Of a stretch of DNA of 64,000 nt, positions 35,177 through 43,089 are shown in pieces. Below the pieces are notes generated by a model. That model saw nothing but the letters and a program-made list of their open reading frames with translations. It was not told the DNA's origin and did not search any database. Position numbers and translations under genes: made by a program. The DNA comes from Allosphingosinicella sp. Lineage in GTDB: Bacteria > Pseudomonadota > Alphaproteobacteria > Sphingomonadales > Sphingomonadaceae. The DNA is taken from positions 14,602 through 78,601 of the forward strand of contig DATMVG010000103.1 in the NCBI GenBank assembly GCA_035563315.1, written 5' to 3'. Position 1 is the first letter of the stretch. Every line of letters begins with the position of its first letter.

Positions 35177-37927
35177 ATGACCACCTATAAGTGGCCGGAC
35201 GGAATCGTGCCGTTCGACGTCGACGCCTTCTTCCTCGAGCCGCATACCGGCGGCAGCGAAAGCCCGTTCTCGCGCTCGACGAAGACCTACGGCCTGTCCA
35301 AGCCGCGCTTCATCACCCGCTTCTCGGTGCGCGGCGGCGACAGCGCCAAATGGGGCGCGCGCCTGGGCAGCGTCGGGCCCAGGATGGACGCCTTCCTGGC
35401 GAAGATGTGCGGGCGCCAGCACAACGTCATCCTGTGGGACTTCCGCCGCGAAGGCGCGGAGCAGGGCTGGATCAACGCCCCGATCGCCGCCGGCGCCTCG
35501 AGCTTCAACCTGATCGGCGGAGCGCCGGAGGTGGGCTATTATGTCGGCGGCGACGGGCGGCCGCACCTCGTCCAGGACGTGGTGGCGGGGCCGGGAGGGA
35601 CCCGGCGGGTCACCGTCGATCCGCCGTTCGAGCGGGCGCTGGCGGCGGGGGAGGCGTTCTTCGACCGTCCTTGGGGGCTGTTCAAGCTGACCTCGGATCA
35701 GGCCGGAAGCAACCCTTCGCCGTTCGGCGCGCCGACCGTCTACACGCTCGAGCTGGCGGAGGACTTGAACGAGATCGTGATCGAGGGCGAGGCGGCCGTG
35801 TTCGGCGTGCTGAGCGTCGACGGCGAGTGGGAGACGGCGACCTGGTTTGCGGACGGGGTCGCGATCGCGGGAGAGGACGGGCTCCAGCTGCAGCTTACCA
35901 CCGACCAGGCCGGAGCGGAGATCACCGCCCTGGTCGGCCTCGAGCGGGGCGGCGGAATCCTGACTCGGCCGACCGAGGCTGTGGCCGACTACGACTTCGC
36001 CGAGCTTTTCACCGGCGGCATGTCGGGAGCGTGGTACGATCCTTCCGACCTCGGCACGATGTGGCAGGACACGGCGGGCACCGTCCCCGCGGTAGTAGAT
36101 GCCCGGGTCGCGCGCATCGATGACAAGTCGGGCAACGGCAACCACGCAACTCAGGCGACCGAGGCGAACCGGCCCTTCCTGAGAGAAGGCCCTCCCGGCT
36201 ATAACTACCTCGAATTCGACGGCACCAACGATTTCCTGCACAAGGCTTTCACCCTCGCCCAGCCGTTCGACCGTATCTCGGCGATCAACCCCTTGTCATG
36301 GACGGCCAGCGACGTCCTGTTCGGCGGGGGAGCGTCCACCAACGCCAACCTCCAGCAGTCGGGATCGTCGCCCCTTGTCCGGATCACCGCCGGCTCGGCG
36401 CCCACGGCGATCACTCAGCTGCCGACCGGAGCGACCAGGATCGTCCACGAGCGCTGGAACCCGACCGCGAGCTTCATCCGGCTCATCCCCGCGCCCTCAG
36501 ACTGGATCGAGCCGGGCACGGGCAACCCCGGCGGGATGACGATCGGGGCCGACCATAACGGGGCGTTCAACGCCCATATGGCCTTTCGCGGCGCGCTGGT
36601 GATCAACCGCCTGCTGCTCGCGCACGAGGCCGTCAAATACTCCGCCTATCTGCGGCTGAAGTCCGGGCTGGCCTCGGCCGATTACCTCCAGGATTATTTC
36701 GGCCATGATGGTGCGACCACGCCTTGGTACGCCGCCAGCTCGCATAGCCCCGGCGCCTACAATCCCCGCACGAACAAGGCCCTGATCGCCTGGGAGGCGG
36801 GGCGCTCAACCTCGGATGCCCGTACTGTCCGGTGCATCCAATACGACCACACGACCCGCCGCTGGGGCGGGATGAACAGCGTTGCGGTCGCTCCTCTGCT
36901 CAACGACTCCCACGGCGTGCCTTCGGTCTGTCATCTCGACGACGACCGCCTCTTCATCGCCGGCGGCGGTCACGCGACCGACATGTACTATTGGATCAGC
37001 ACGAACCAGGATGATCCGGCCTCGTGGGTCCAGGGGACGATCGCGGGCGCCTGGACCTATCCTCACCCCCGGATGGTGAACGGTACGCTCTATCTCTTCA
37101 TGCGCTCCGGGACCGATAGCCCTCCTCCTGGCGAAGGCCTGCCTCTCAAGCTGGTCAAAAGCACGTCGATCAGCGGAACGACGATCACATGGGCTGCCGC
37201 GGAAACCATCCTCGATTTCGGCTCCAACACCCGAACCTATACCTTCAAGGTCGAGGTCCGGGGCACCGACCTCCACATGGTCTCGACCCGCGCCAATCTC
37301 GCCGACACCAAGCGCGAGGATGTCTATTACCTGATCTATGACACCCTGACCGGCAACAGGCGGAACCTGGCGGGAACCTACTCGCAGGCCGGGGCGATCG
37401 ACCTCGCGACGGCCAACGCCCAGTACCGGATCGTCACCACCTCGGTCGACGGATCGACGGTCGCCTCCTTCTGCTGGGACGAGGTGACCGAGGGCGTTAT
37501 GCACCTCGCTTACATCATGGACGACGGGGCCTATTACCGCCGGTTCGTGGCGGGCGTGTCGGGCGCTGCGACCCTGCTCAACACGGTGGGGAGCCGAGTC
37601 ACGGCCATGGTGAGCCGGGAGGAGGGCGGCGCCGAATTCTGGTACGCCGACGACAGCGGCAGCTGGACGCTGGGCGGGGACATGCGCCGCAAGCCGATCG
37701 ACGCGGACGGCACCGTCGGTGCGAGCGAGCTGATCCTGGCGGCCGGCGCCGATTACGCGCTCGCCCAGCCCGGCGAGGTGATCGACAGCCACTTGGAGCC
37801 CCGCCGCGACCTCAGGACCTTGTTCTGCGAGATCATGCAGAACGACCTCACCGAGAGCGGGCGGCTCAAGCTCTACGCCCATGGCGAGGGCGATAGCGGA
37901 TTCGTCCGGCGCAACTACGCGATCTGA
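35177..37927 (+). CDS. Multidomain tail protein: Dit-like N-terminus + lectin-like domain + BNR-like beta-propeller (candidate receptor-binding protein)
   Basis: SESPFSRSTKT..L...R.ITRF; WYDPSD...DKSGNGNHATQ...LEFDG.ND; DSHGVPS, WTYPHP..LYLFMR. Confidence 0.7.
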   Translation: MTTYKWPDGIVPFDVDAFFLEPHTGGSESPFSRSTKTYGLSKPRFITRFSVRGGDSAKWGARLGSVGPRMDAFLAKMCGRQHNVILWDFRREGAEQGWINAPIAAGASSFNLIGGAPEVGYYVGGDGRPHLVQDVVAGPGGTRRVTVDPPFERALAAGEAFFDRPWGLFKLTSDQAGSNPSPFGAPTVYTLELAEDLNEIVIEGEAAVFGVLSVDGEWETATWFADGVAIAGEDGLQLQLTTDQAGAEITALVGLERGGGILTRPTEAVADYDFAELFTGGMSGAWYDPSDLGTMWQDTAGTVPAVVDARVARIDDKSGNGNHATQATEANRPFLREGPPGYNYLEFDGTNDFLHKAFTLAQPFDRISAINPLSWTASDVLFGGGASTNANLQQSGSSPLVRITAGSAPTAITQLPTGATRIVHERWNPTASFIRLIPAPSDWIEPGTGNPGGMTIGADHNGAFNAHMAFRGALVINRLLLAHEAVKYSAYLRLKSGLASADYLQDYFGHDGATTPWYAASSHSPGAYNPRTNKALIAWEAGRSTSDARTVRCIQYDHTTRRWGGMNSVAVAPLLNDSHGVPSVCHLDDDRLFIAGGGHATDMYYWISTNQDDPASWVQGTIAGAWTYPHPRMVNGTLYLFMRSGTDSPPPGEGLPLKLVKSTSISGTTITWAAAETILDFGSNTRTYTFKVEVRGTDLHMVSTRANLADTKREDVYYLIYDTLTGNRRNLAGTYSQAGAIDLATANAQYRIVTTSVDGSTVASFCWDEVTEGVMHLAYIMDDGAYYRRFVAGVSGAATLLNTVGSRVTAMVSREEGGAEFWYADDSGSWTLGGDMRRKPIDADGTVGASELILAAGADYALAQPGEVIDSHLEPRRDLRTLFCEIMQNDLTESGRLKLYAHGEGDSGFVRRNYAI

Positions 37928-37954
37928 GCGCGGTCCAGAGGGAGCGAATCCGCG

Positions 37955-38449
37955 ATGCCCGATTTCCTGCCGCTGCCGATGACCGGGACGGCCGCCCAGT
38001 GGAGCGCCGTCACCCTGCTTCTGGCGATCCTGGTCGCCGTCCTGCGCTATCTGCCGGAGCGGTCGCGGGCGGAGACCGAGCGCAAGCGCGCCAGGACCGC
38101 GGCCGAAGACGCCGCCGCCGAACGCTGGCGGGACATCGAAGCGCGCGTGTCGCGCGAGCTCGAGGAATGCCGGCGCGACCGCGAGCACGACGCCGCTCAC
38201 CGGCAGCGGATCGACGACGAGAATTTCCGGCTGCGGGTCGTCATCACCCTGCTGATCGACGAGGTGGAGCGGCTCGACCCGCAGAGCCAGGTCATCCTCA
38301 AGGCCAGGACGATCCTCACCGTGCCGCCCGCCTCGCCGACCGAGCCGCCGGATCTCGAGCGGGTCCGCCTCGACGAGCTGCTGGAGCGCCTGCCGGAAGG
38401 ACCGCGGGTGCCGAAGCGCAAGGCCAGGGGCGAAGGGAAAGGGCCCTAG
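37955..38449 (+). CDS. Membrane-anchored coiled-coil protein (lysis module)
   Basis: N-terminal TM helix then coiled coil; upstream of endolysin. Confidence 0.65.
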   Translation: MPDFLPLPMTGTAAQWSAVTLLLAILVAVLRYLPERSRAETERKRARTAAEDAAAERWRDIEARVSRELEECRRDREHDAAHRQRIDDENFRLRVVITLLIDEVERLDPQSQVILKARTILTVPPASPTEPPDLERVRLDELLERLPEGPRVPKRKARGEGKGP

Positions 38450-38580
38450 AGGGCCGCAGGACACCGCCGGAGGCGAGCGGCACTCGCGGACGCCGGAGCC
38501 TGAACTCGCGCCTGGCGCCGCATTTGCGGGCAGCAGGGACAATTCCACCGAAGCCTCGTCCACAAGGAAGGAGCAGGACC

Positions 38581-38730
38581 ATGTCGAACGAGCCTCGAGC
38601 GCCCGTCGCCACGCCGAAATCGCCGGTGCCCGGGTCCGCCCCCGGCATGGCCGAGAGCCATGTCGAGGCGTGCGGCCGCTGCGGCGCCGATCACGGCGCG
38701 CCGCACCTGCGCGACTGTCCGCTGCGCTGA
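38581..38730 (+). CDS. 49-aa protein with CxxC...H...C
   Basis: AAGGAG RBS; CGRCGADHGAPHLRDC. Confidence 0.55.
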   Translation: MSNEPRAPVATPKSPVPGSAPGMAESHVEACGRCGADHGAPHLRDCPLR

Positions 38731-38765
38731 GCGGCGCCAGGGCCTTCACGGTGAAAGGAAGAGAC

Positions 38766-39434
38766 ATGGAACCTCACCAGGCGCTGGGCTCGGCCGCCGC
38801 GGCGATCGGCCTGCCGGTGGCGCCGGCGCTGCCGCCCGTCGCGCCGACGTCGCACCTCGCCGATCCGCGAGCCTTTTTCGACCACATGCGGCGGACCGAC
38901 ACGCTCGGGCCCGAGCTGACCCGGGACGAGGTGGACGGCTGCAACGCGATCCTCGAGGCGTGCGGGGAGGCCGGCTGGCCGATCGCCGACACCGCCTATG
39001 CGCTGGCCACCGCCTATCACGAGACGGCGGGCACGATGAAGCCGATCCGGGAATATGGCCGGGGCCGCGGGCGTCGCTACGGCGTGCCGGGCCCCCATGG
39101 CGGCCAGATCGCGTTCGGACGCGGCTACGTCCAGCTGACCTGGCCGGAGAATTACGAGAAGGCGGACCGCAGGCTCGGCCTCGGCGGCACCCTGATCGCC
39201 AATTACGATCGGGCGCTCGAGCCGGAGATCGCCGCGGCGATCATGGTGCGCGGCATGCGCGAGGGCTGGTTCACGAGCCGCGACCTCGACGACGACCTGC
39301 CGCGAGACGGGCTGGCGCGGTTCGACCAGTTCGTTCGCAGCCGCGACATCATCAACGGCACCGACAAGGCGGAGAAGATCGCCCGCGAGGCGATGGACTT
39401 CCAGGCCGGGCTGGCGGCGGGAGGCTGGCGGTGA
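38766..39434 (+). CDS. Endolysin, GH19/lysozyme-like fold
   Basis: AYALATAYHET, FGRGYVQLTWPENY, RDIING. Confidence 0.88.
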   Translation: MEPHQALGSAAAAIGLPVAPALPPVAPTSHLADPRAFFDHMRRTDTLGPELTRDEVDGCNAILEACGEAGWPIADTAYALATAYHETAGTMKPIREYGRGRGRRYGVPGPHGGQIAFGRGYVQLTWPENYEKADRRLGLGGTLIANYDRALEPEIAAAIMVRGMREGWFTSRDLDDDLPRDGLARFDQFVRSRDIINGTDKAEKIAREAMDFQAGLAAGGWR

Positions 39435-39718
39435 ACGGCTCGACCCCGGAACCCGGGCAGGCGGTGCTGGCCTCGGCCCCGCCGCGCGACGGCGCCCGCT
39501 TCCGCGATGTGCTGGCGCTGGTGGCGCTGATCGGAGGCCTGCTCGGCCTGGCCGGCCTTTTCTTCATCGAGGTGCCGGAGGGCAATCGCGAGCCGCTGCT
39601 GCTCGCCTTGGGCCTGATCCTGGGCTGGGGCAGCACGGTGATCGGCTACGAGTTCGGCAGCTCCCCGGCGGGCCGCCGTGCGGCCGAGGCCGGGCTAAGG
39701 CGCGAGGGGGAGGGGTGA
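39431..39718 (+). CDS. Putative holin (2 TM)
   Basis: Two TM helices, VIGYEFGSS motif, directly after the lysin. Confidence 0.7.
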   Translation: MNGSTPEPGQAVLASAPPRDGARFRDVLALVALIGGLLGLAGLFFIEVPEGNREPLLLALGLILGWGSTVIGYEFGSSPAGRRAAEAGLRREGEG

Positions 39719-39848
39719 CCCTGCGCCTGCTCAACCTCGTCGGGGGATGCCGCTTCCTAGGAGGAAGCGACGAAATTTCGGCACTAATATACTCGACACA
39801 ATGGCGCAAACACACCATCGCAGCGCAACCGCCAGACCCTGAGCGATG

Positions 39849-40691
39849 CTAAGCCTCGCGCTTGCCGCCCTTCTTGGGCTTCATGTCCCCGGGATAGAGC
39901 AACCGAATCCGGTCCTTGGAAAGCTCGTGGTCATCACACACGAGAAAGTGCTCCCGCTCTTCCATCACACCCTCGGATACTTCGTAGCGGATCGTGATCC
40001 GGATTTGCGCCGCATGGCCGTTGGGAAGAAAATCGGGCGCTACTGTCCTGAGCGCGATACTCATCCCCGGCGGTACATCACGCGTCGGGGCGGGCATGCC
40101 TTGGCTCACATACTTCGAAAATGGGAGCGGCAAGATGTCCAAGTGAGCGAAGATAGCAACTTTCGAAGCCGTCGATTGTCCGAAGTTACGAATCCCCAAA
40201 ACAAATTCGCGGTCCTTGCCGATCTTCCCCTCAATGCGGCCGTCCTCATAATCGAGCCACGGCCGAAGCTGCTTCGCCGCCGTATTGCGGGCGATGACAT
40301 TCGCTTCGCGCGCCTCGTTGAACGTAAAGAACACCAGACCAACGCCCAAAAATCCAACAGTCATGCCGACTATGGCGGCGATGCCCATCGCGCGGGTCCA
40401 GGCAGAAATTACAAGCTGGGCTTGAAGATCGTATTCATCGTGTTGGCCTTGACGAGCGGGATCATATGCCTGCTGAACGCACTCGCGTATGCCTTCGCGG
40501 GGGAGCGCTTTGCAGCGGCTGTCTGCACGTATGCGGGCGGCTTCTCTATAATTCTCGGCCTTTTGGGTGGCCTGTTGCTCGTAGACGCGTTGTGATTGGG
40601 TAGCATCGTTCCAGAGCCACACCGCCACTATGATAGCTAGTACGGCAGCTAACCCAACCGCAATGTTTGGGAACCAATGGCTTCTAGGCAT
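39849..40691 (-). CDS. Low-GC 2-TM membrane protein (moron)
   Basis: TM1, periplasmic loop with 2 Cys, DLQAQ..SAWT, TM2, cytoplasmic domain starting QLRPWL. Confidence 0.75.
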   Translation of the reverse strand: MPRSHWFPNIAVGLAAVLAIIVAVWLWNDATQSQRVYEQQATQKAENYREAARIRADSRCKALPREGIRECVQQAYDPARQGQHDEYDLQAQLVISAWTRAMGIAAIVGMTVGFLGVGLVFFTFNEAREANVIARNTAAKQLRPWLDYEDGRIEGKIGKDREFVLGIRNFGQSTASKVAIFAHLDILPLPFSKYVSQGMPAPTRDVPPGMSIALRTVAPDFLPNGHAAQIRITIRYEVSEGVMEEREHFLVCDDHELSKDRIRLLYPGDMKPKKGGKREA

Positions 40692-40877
40692 TGGAGTAAA
40701 AACACGTCGGTGAAGCCGCCCCGGCTGATCTTGTTATTGAGATTGCGCTCATTCTCAGAAACGCCAATCTGCGCCAGCTTTTCGCCCAGCTGAGCATAGG
40801 TGATTCCCCCGCCGCTTCAGCTCGCCTTTTAACAGGTTCTTAGCGCGAGTCTCATACTCATCGGTCACGGTGCCCAC
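40649..40877 (-). pseudogene. DUF6471-like small DNA-binding protein, frameshifted at a G5 run (40806-40810)
   Basis: ...EYETRAKNLLKGELKRRG / ITYAQLGEKLAQIGVSENERNLNNKISRGGFTDVFLLQCLEAIGSQTLRLG*; removing one G restores a continuous frame. Confidence 0.7.
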
Positions 40878-40941
40878 CGCTCGCCACATTGCGAGTCGCG
40901 GCGGGCGTGACGCGGCGCGCCGACTGTGGCATCTGGCCCGG

Positions 40942-41760
40942 ATGAACGATGATGCGGTGCTGCGCGAGATTGCGCGGCTTGGCCCATGGCATCACGACGT
41001 CGAGGTGGCGCCCGGAATCCGGACCGCCGAGGCCGCGCGTCCGACCGGGAGCGGGGATACCGCCCTCCAGGGCGCCTATCGCCCCGAATGGATATTGGAC
41101 CCGATCGTCGAATCGGTGTTCCCGGCCGGGCTTGCGGGACGCTCGTTCCTGGACTGCGCGTGCAATGCCGGCGGCCTCGTCTTCGCCGCCGCTCGGTCCG
41201 GCGCCGGCCGCTGCTTCGGCTTCGACGCCCGCCAGCACTGGATCGACCAGGCCGAGTTCCTGGCGCGCCATCTCGGCGGCGAGAATGTCCGCTTTGCCCG
41301 GTGCGAGCTCAAGGACCTGCCGGCCATGGGGCTCGAGCCGTTCGACGTGACGATGTTCAAGGGCATCTTCTATCATCTGCCGGATCCGGTCGCGGGCCTG
41401 CGGATCGCGGCGGATCATACGAAGGAGCTGCTGGTCCTGAACACGTCGGTCCTTCCGGGCAAGAGCAAGGGCCTGACGCTGATCCGGGAAAGCACGACCC
41501 ACGTCATGTCGGGCGTCGACGGGCTTGCCTGGCTGCCTACCGGCGCCGCCGTGCTTCAGGACATCCTCGCCTGGTGCGGCTTCGAGCATGTCCGGGTCGA
41601 CCGCTGGTTCAGCCCCAACCCGCCCGGCTGGCGGCGGGTCCAGATCCTCGCGGGGCGCGAGTCGTCGACCTTCGCTCATTATGACGAGGTGCGACCTGCT
41701 GAGCGGCCCAGCCTCGGCCGCCGCGTGCTTCGCCGCCTCGGCTGGGGGCGCGAGGATTGA
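40942..41760 (+). CDS. Class I SAM-dependent methyltransferase (CmoB/DUF1698-like)
   Basis: PWHH, FLDCACNAGG, GFD, FDVTMFKGIFYHLPDP. Confidence 0.85.
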   Translation: MNDDAVLREIARLGPWHHDVEVAPGIRTAEAARPTGSGDTALQGAYRPEWILDPIVESVFPAGLAGRSFLDCACNAGGLVFAAARSGAGRCFGFDARQHWIDQAEFLARHLGGENVRFARCELKDLPAMGLEPFDVTMFKGIFYHLPDPVAGLRIAADHTKELLVLNTSVLPGKSKGLTLIRESTTHVMSGVDGLAWLPTGAAVLQDILAWCGFEHVRVDRWFSPNPPGWRRVQILAGRESSTFAHYDEVRPAERPSLGRRVLRRLGWGRED

Positions 41761-41966
41761 GCCGGCCTATGCCTGTCACGGACTTCTTTGGCCGGATTTG
41801 CCTTACGATCTTCGTTTTATCAATTGCGATTCTTTCCGCTGAGGCCGCGAGTCAGGCTTCCAAGGAAACTGTGCTGGCGACCGCCAAGGGTGTAGGCGGG
41901 ATTCTCGCCTTCTTCGTCACCCTAACGGCGATAGTGGCAATATGGGAAGACAGATTTAAAAACTGA
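41757..41966 (+). CDS. Small 2-TM protein
   Basis: Two hydrophobic segments; lower GC. Confidence 0.5.
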   Translation: MSRPMPVTDFFGRICLTIFVLSIAILSAEAASQASKETVLATAKGVGGILAFFVTLTAIVAIWEDRFKN

Positions 41967-41997
41967 CCTTTTCGCGAACCGGGCATCGCGGATCGCG

Positions 41998-42468
41998 TCA
42001 GCAGCCGCTGAGCCGCCCTTCGCGGTCGTAACGTTCCCAGCGCAGGGCCATCCCGGCGCTGATCTGGGCGCAGCTGAGGTCGACGCCGGCGGGCGTGGCG
42101 CACCAGGCGACGACCCGGCCGTAGCTGGTGCCGACCTGGCGGCACGAAAGCTGCCGACCGACGGCCAGCGACGCCAGCGCGCGGCGCGCCTCCTCCGCCG
42201 AAGCGGCGGGGCAGGGGTGGCCGGGGCGGCAGCTGCCGTCCGTCTCGCGCGCGGCGATTCCCGGCAGCCGGATGCGGATGGCGCGGCCGTCCGGCCCGAG
42301 CTCCCGACAATGGATCGGCCCGTCGCCGTCGTGGACGCTGACCGCCGTGCAGCTGAAGGGCACGCCTTGCTCGGGCGTGCCGGCGACGGCGAAGAGGAGC
42401 ATGGCGGCGGCGGCGATCATCGTGCCAAGGATAAGCCAGCGCCGCGCCGAAGCGGCGATCAAATGCAT
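41998..42468 (-). CDS. Exported thermonuclease (SNase-like)
   Basis: N-terminal TM/signal; VHDGD, IRLPGIAARE, SYGRVVA. Confidence 0.85.
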   Translation of the reverse strand: MHLIAASARRWLILGTMIAAAAMLLFAVAGTPEQGVPFSCTAVSVHDGDGPIHCRELGPDGRAIRIRLPGIAARETDGSCRPGHPCPAASAEEARRALASLAVGRQLSCRQVGTSYGRVVAWCATPAGVDLSCAQISAGMALRWERYDREGRLSGC

Positions 42469-42612
42469 CCGGTTCGGAGGATCATAAGAGAAAGGCAGCG
42501 GCGAGGAGCCAGGCCAGCAAGAGGCTCGCGGCGAGGCCGGCGCCGCGGTCGCGCGTCATCATCGGGCCGAAAGACCGCAGGCGTGGGGCCCGGTCGTCGT
42601 CCTTGCCTTCGC

Positions 42613-42627
42613 GTTCCCCGTCTGTTC
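42613..42627 (+). promoter_or_regulatory. Alphaproteobacterial LexA (SOS) box
   Basis: GTTC-CCCGTCT-GTTC matches GTTC-N7-GTTC, 11 bp before ATG 42639. Confidence 0.75.
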
Positions 42628-42638
42628 CTGTCGCCGGC

Positions 42639-42929
42639 ATGATTCGCTTCACCTCGGATCAGCTGCTCGCCAAGGCTCTATACGCCCTCGAGGAGACGCT
42701 TGAAAAGTGCGCCGCCGCCCCGGCTCCGCCGAGCGGGGCGCTGCGCTTCACCCTCGCCTGGCTCGCTGCTCGAGGGGCGGAGCGGCGGCCGTTCGACGCC
42801 TTCTGGCGCGAGGCGACACGGCCGCTCGCGCCCGGCGAGGATCGCGGTGCCGCGGCGATCGCCCGCGTCCAGGCGGCCACCGCCGCCCTCAACGGCATCT
42901 ATCGTGCGGTCGGCGCCGAGCGCTCTTAG
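42639..42929 (+). CDS. Hypothetical helical protein, predicted SOS-regulated
   Basis: MIRFTSDQLLAKALYALEE...; LexA box upstream. Confidence 0.7.
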   Translation: MIRFTSDQLLAKALYALEETLEKCAAAPAPPSGALRFTLAWLAARGAERRPFDAFWREATRPLAPGEDRGAAAIARVQAATAALNGIYRAVGAERS

Positions 42930-42963
42930 ACGACAGCGGTCAGGAAACTGTACTCTGACGGCT

Positions 42964-42986
42964 GATTCCCGCTACCCGCTCCACCG
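42964..42986 (+). repeat. attR core (duplicate of the tRNA-Gly 3' end)
   Basis: GATTCCCGCTACCCGCTCCACCG identical to 1752-1774. Confidence 0.95.
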
Positions 42987-43089
42987 GTCCCCCGCCGCCG
43001 CTCGTCGAGCCGCGGTGGCGGTTCGTCAAAAAGCTGGGCTTCGAGCGGCTCGACGGGCTAGACGGGGGCGTCGCAGTGAGGCCGCCGTC

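Larger units (their letters stand above)
1752..42986. mobile_element. Prophage (~41.2 kb), HK97-like head and siphovirus-type tail, serine integrase, integrated in tRNA-Gly
   Basis: 23-bp direct repeats at both ends; integrase, CI/Cro, primase, terminase, portal, capsid, tail and lysin genes in canonical order. Confidence 0.97.

Noticed and set aside
33076-37927. Diversity-generating retroelement acting on tail genes
   Set aside because: No reverse transcriptase, and I saw no template/variable repeat pair.
39779-39800. CGGCACTAATATACTCGACAC as an IS terminal inverted repeat
   Set aside because: I found no matching inverted copy or transposase, so no IS is called.
39846-40595. 249-aa plus-strand ORF with apparent signal peptide and TM helices, fully overlapping the 280-aa minus ORF
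   Set aside because: It is in codon register with the antisense gene. Its hydrophobic stretches mirror the charged stretches of the real protein, as expected for a shadow ORF, and it has no RBS.
42989-43068. Long imperfect hairpin after attR (CGTCGAGCCGC/GCGGCTCGACG) as an ncRNA
   Set aside because: More simply explained as the original tRNA-Gly downstream terminator/processing structure displaced by integration.
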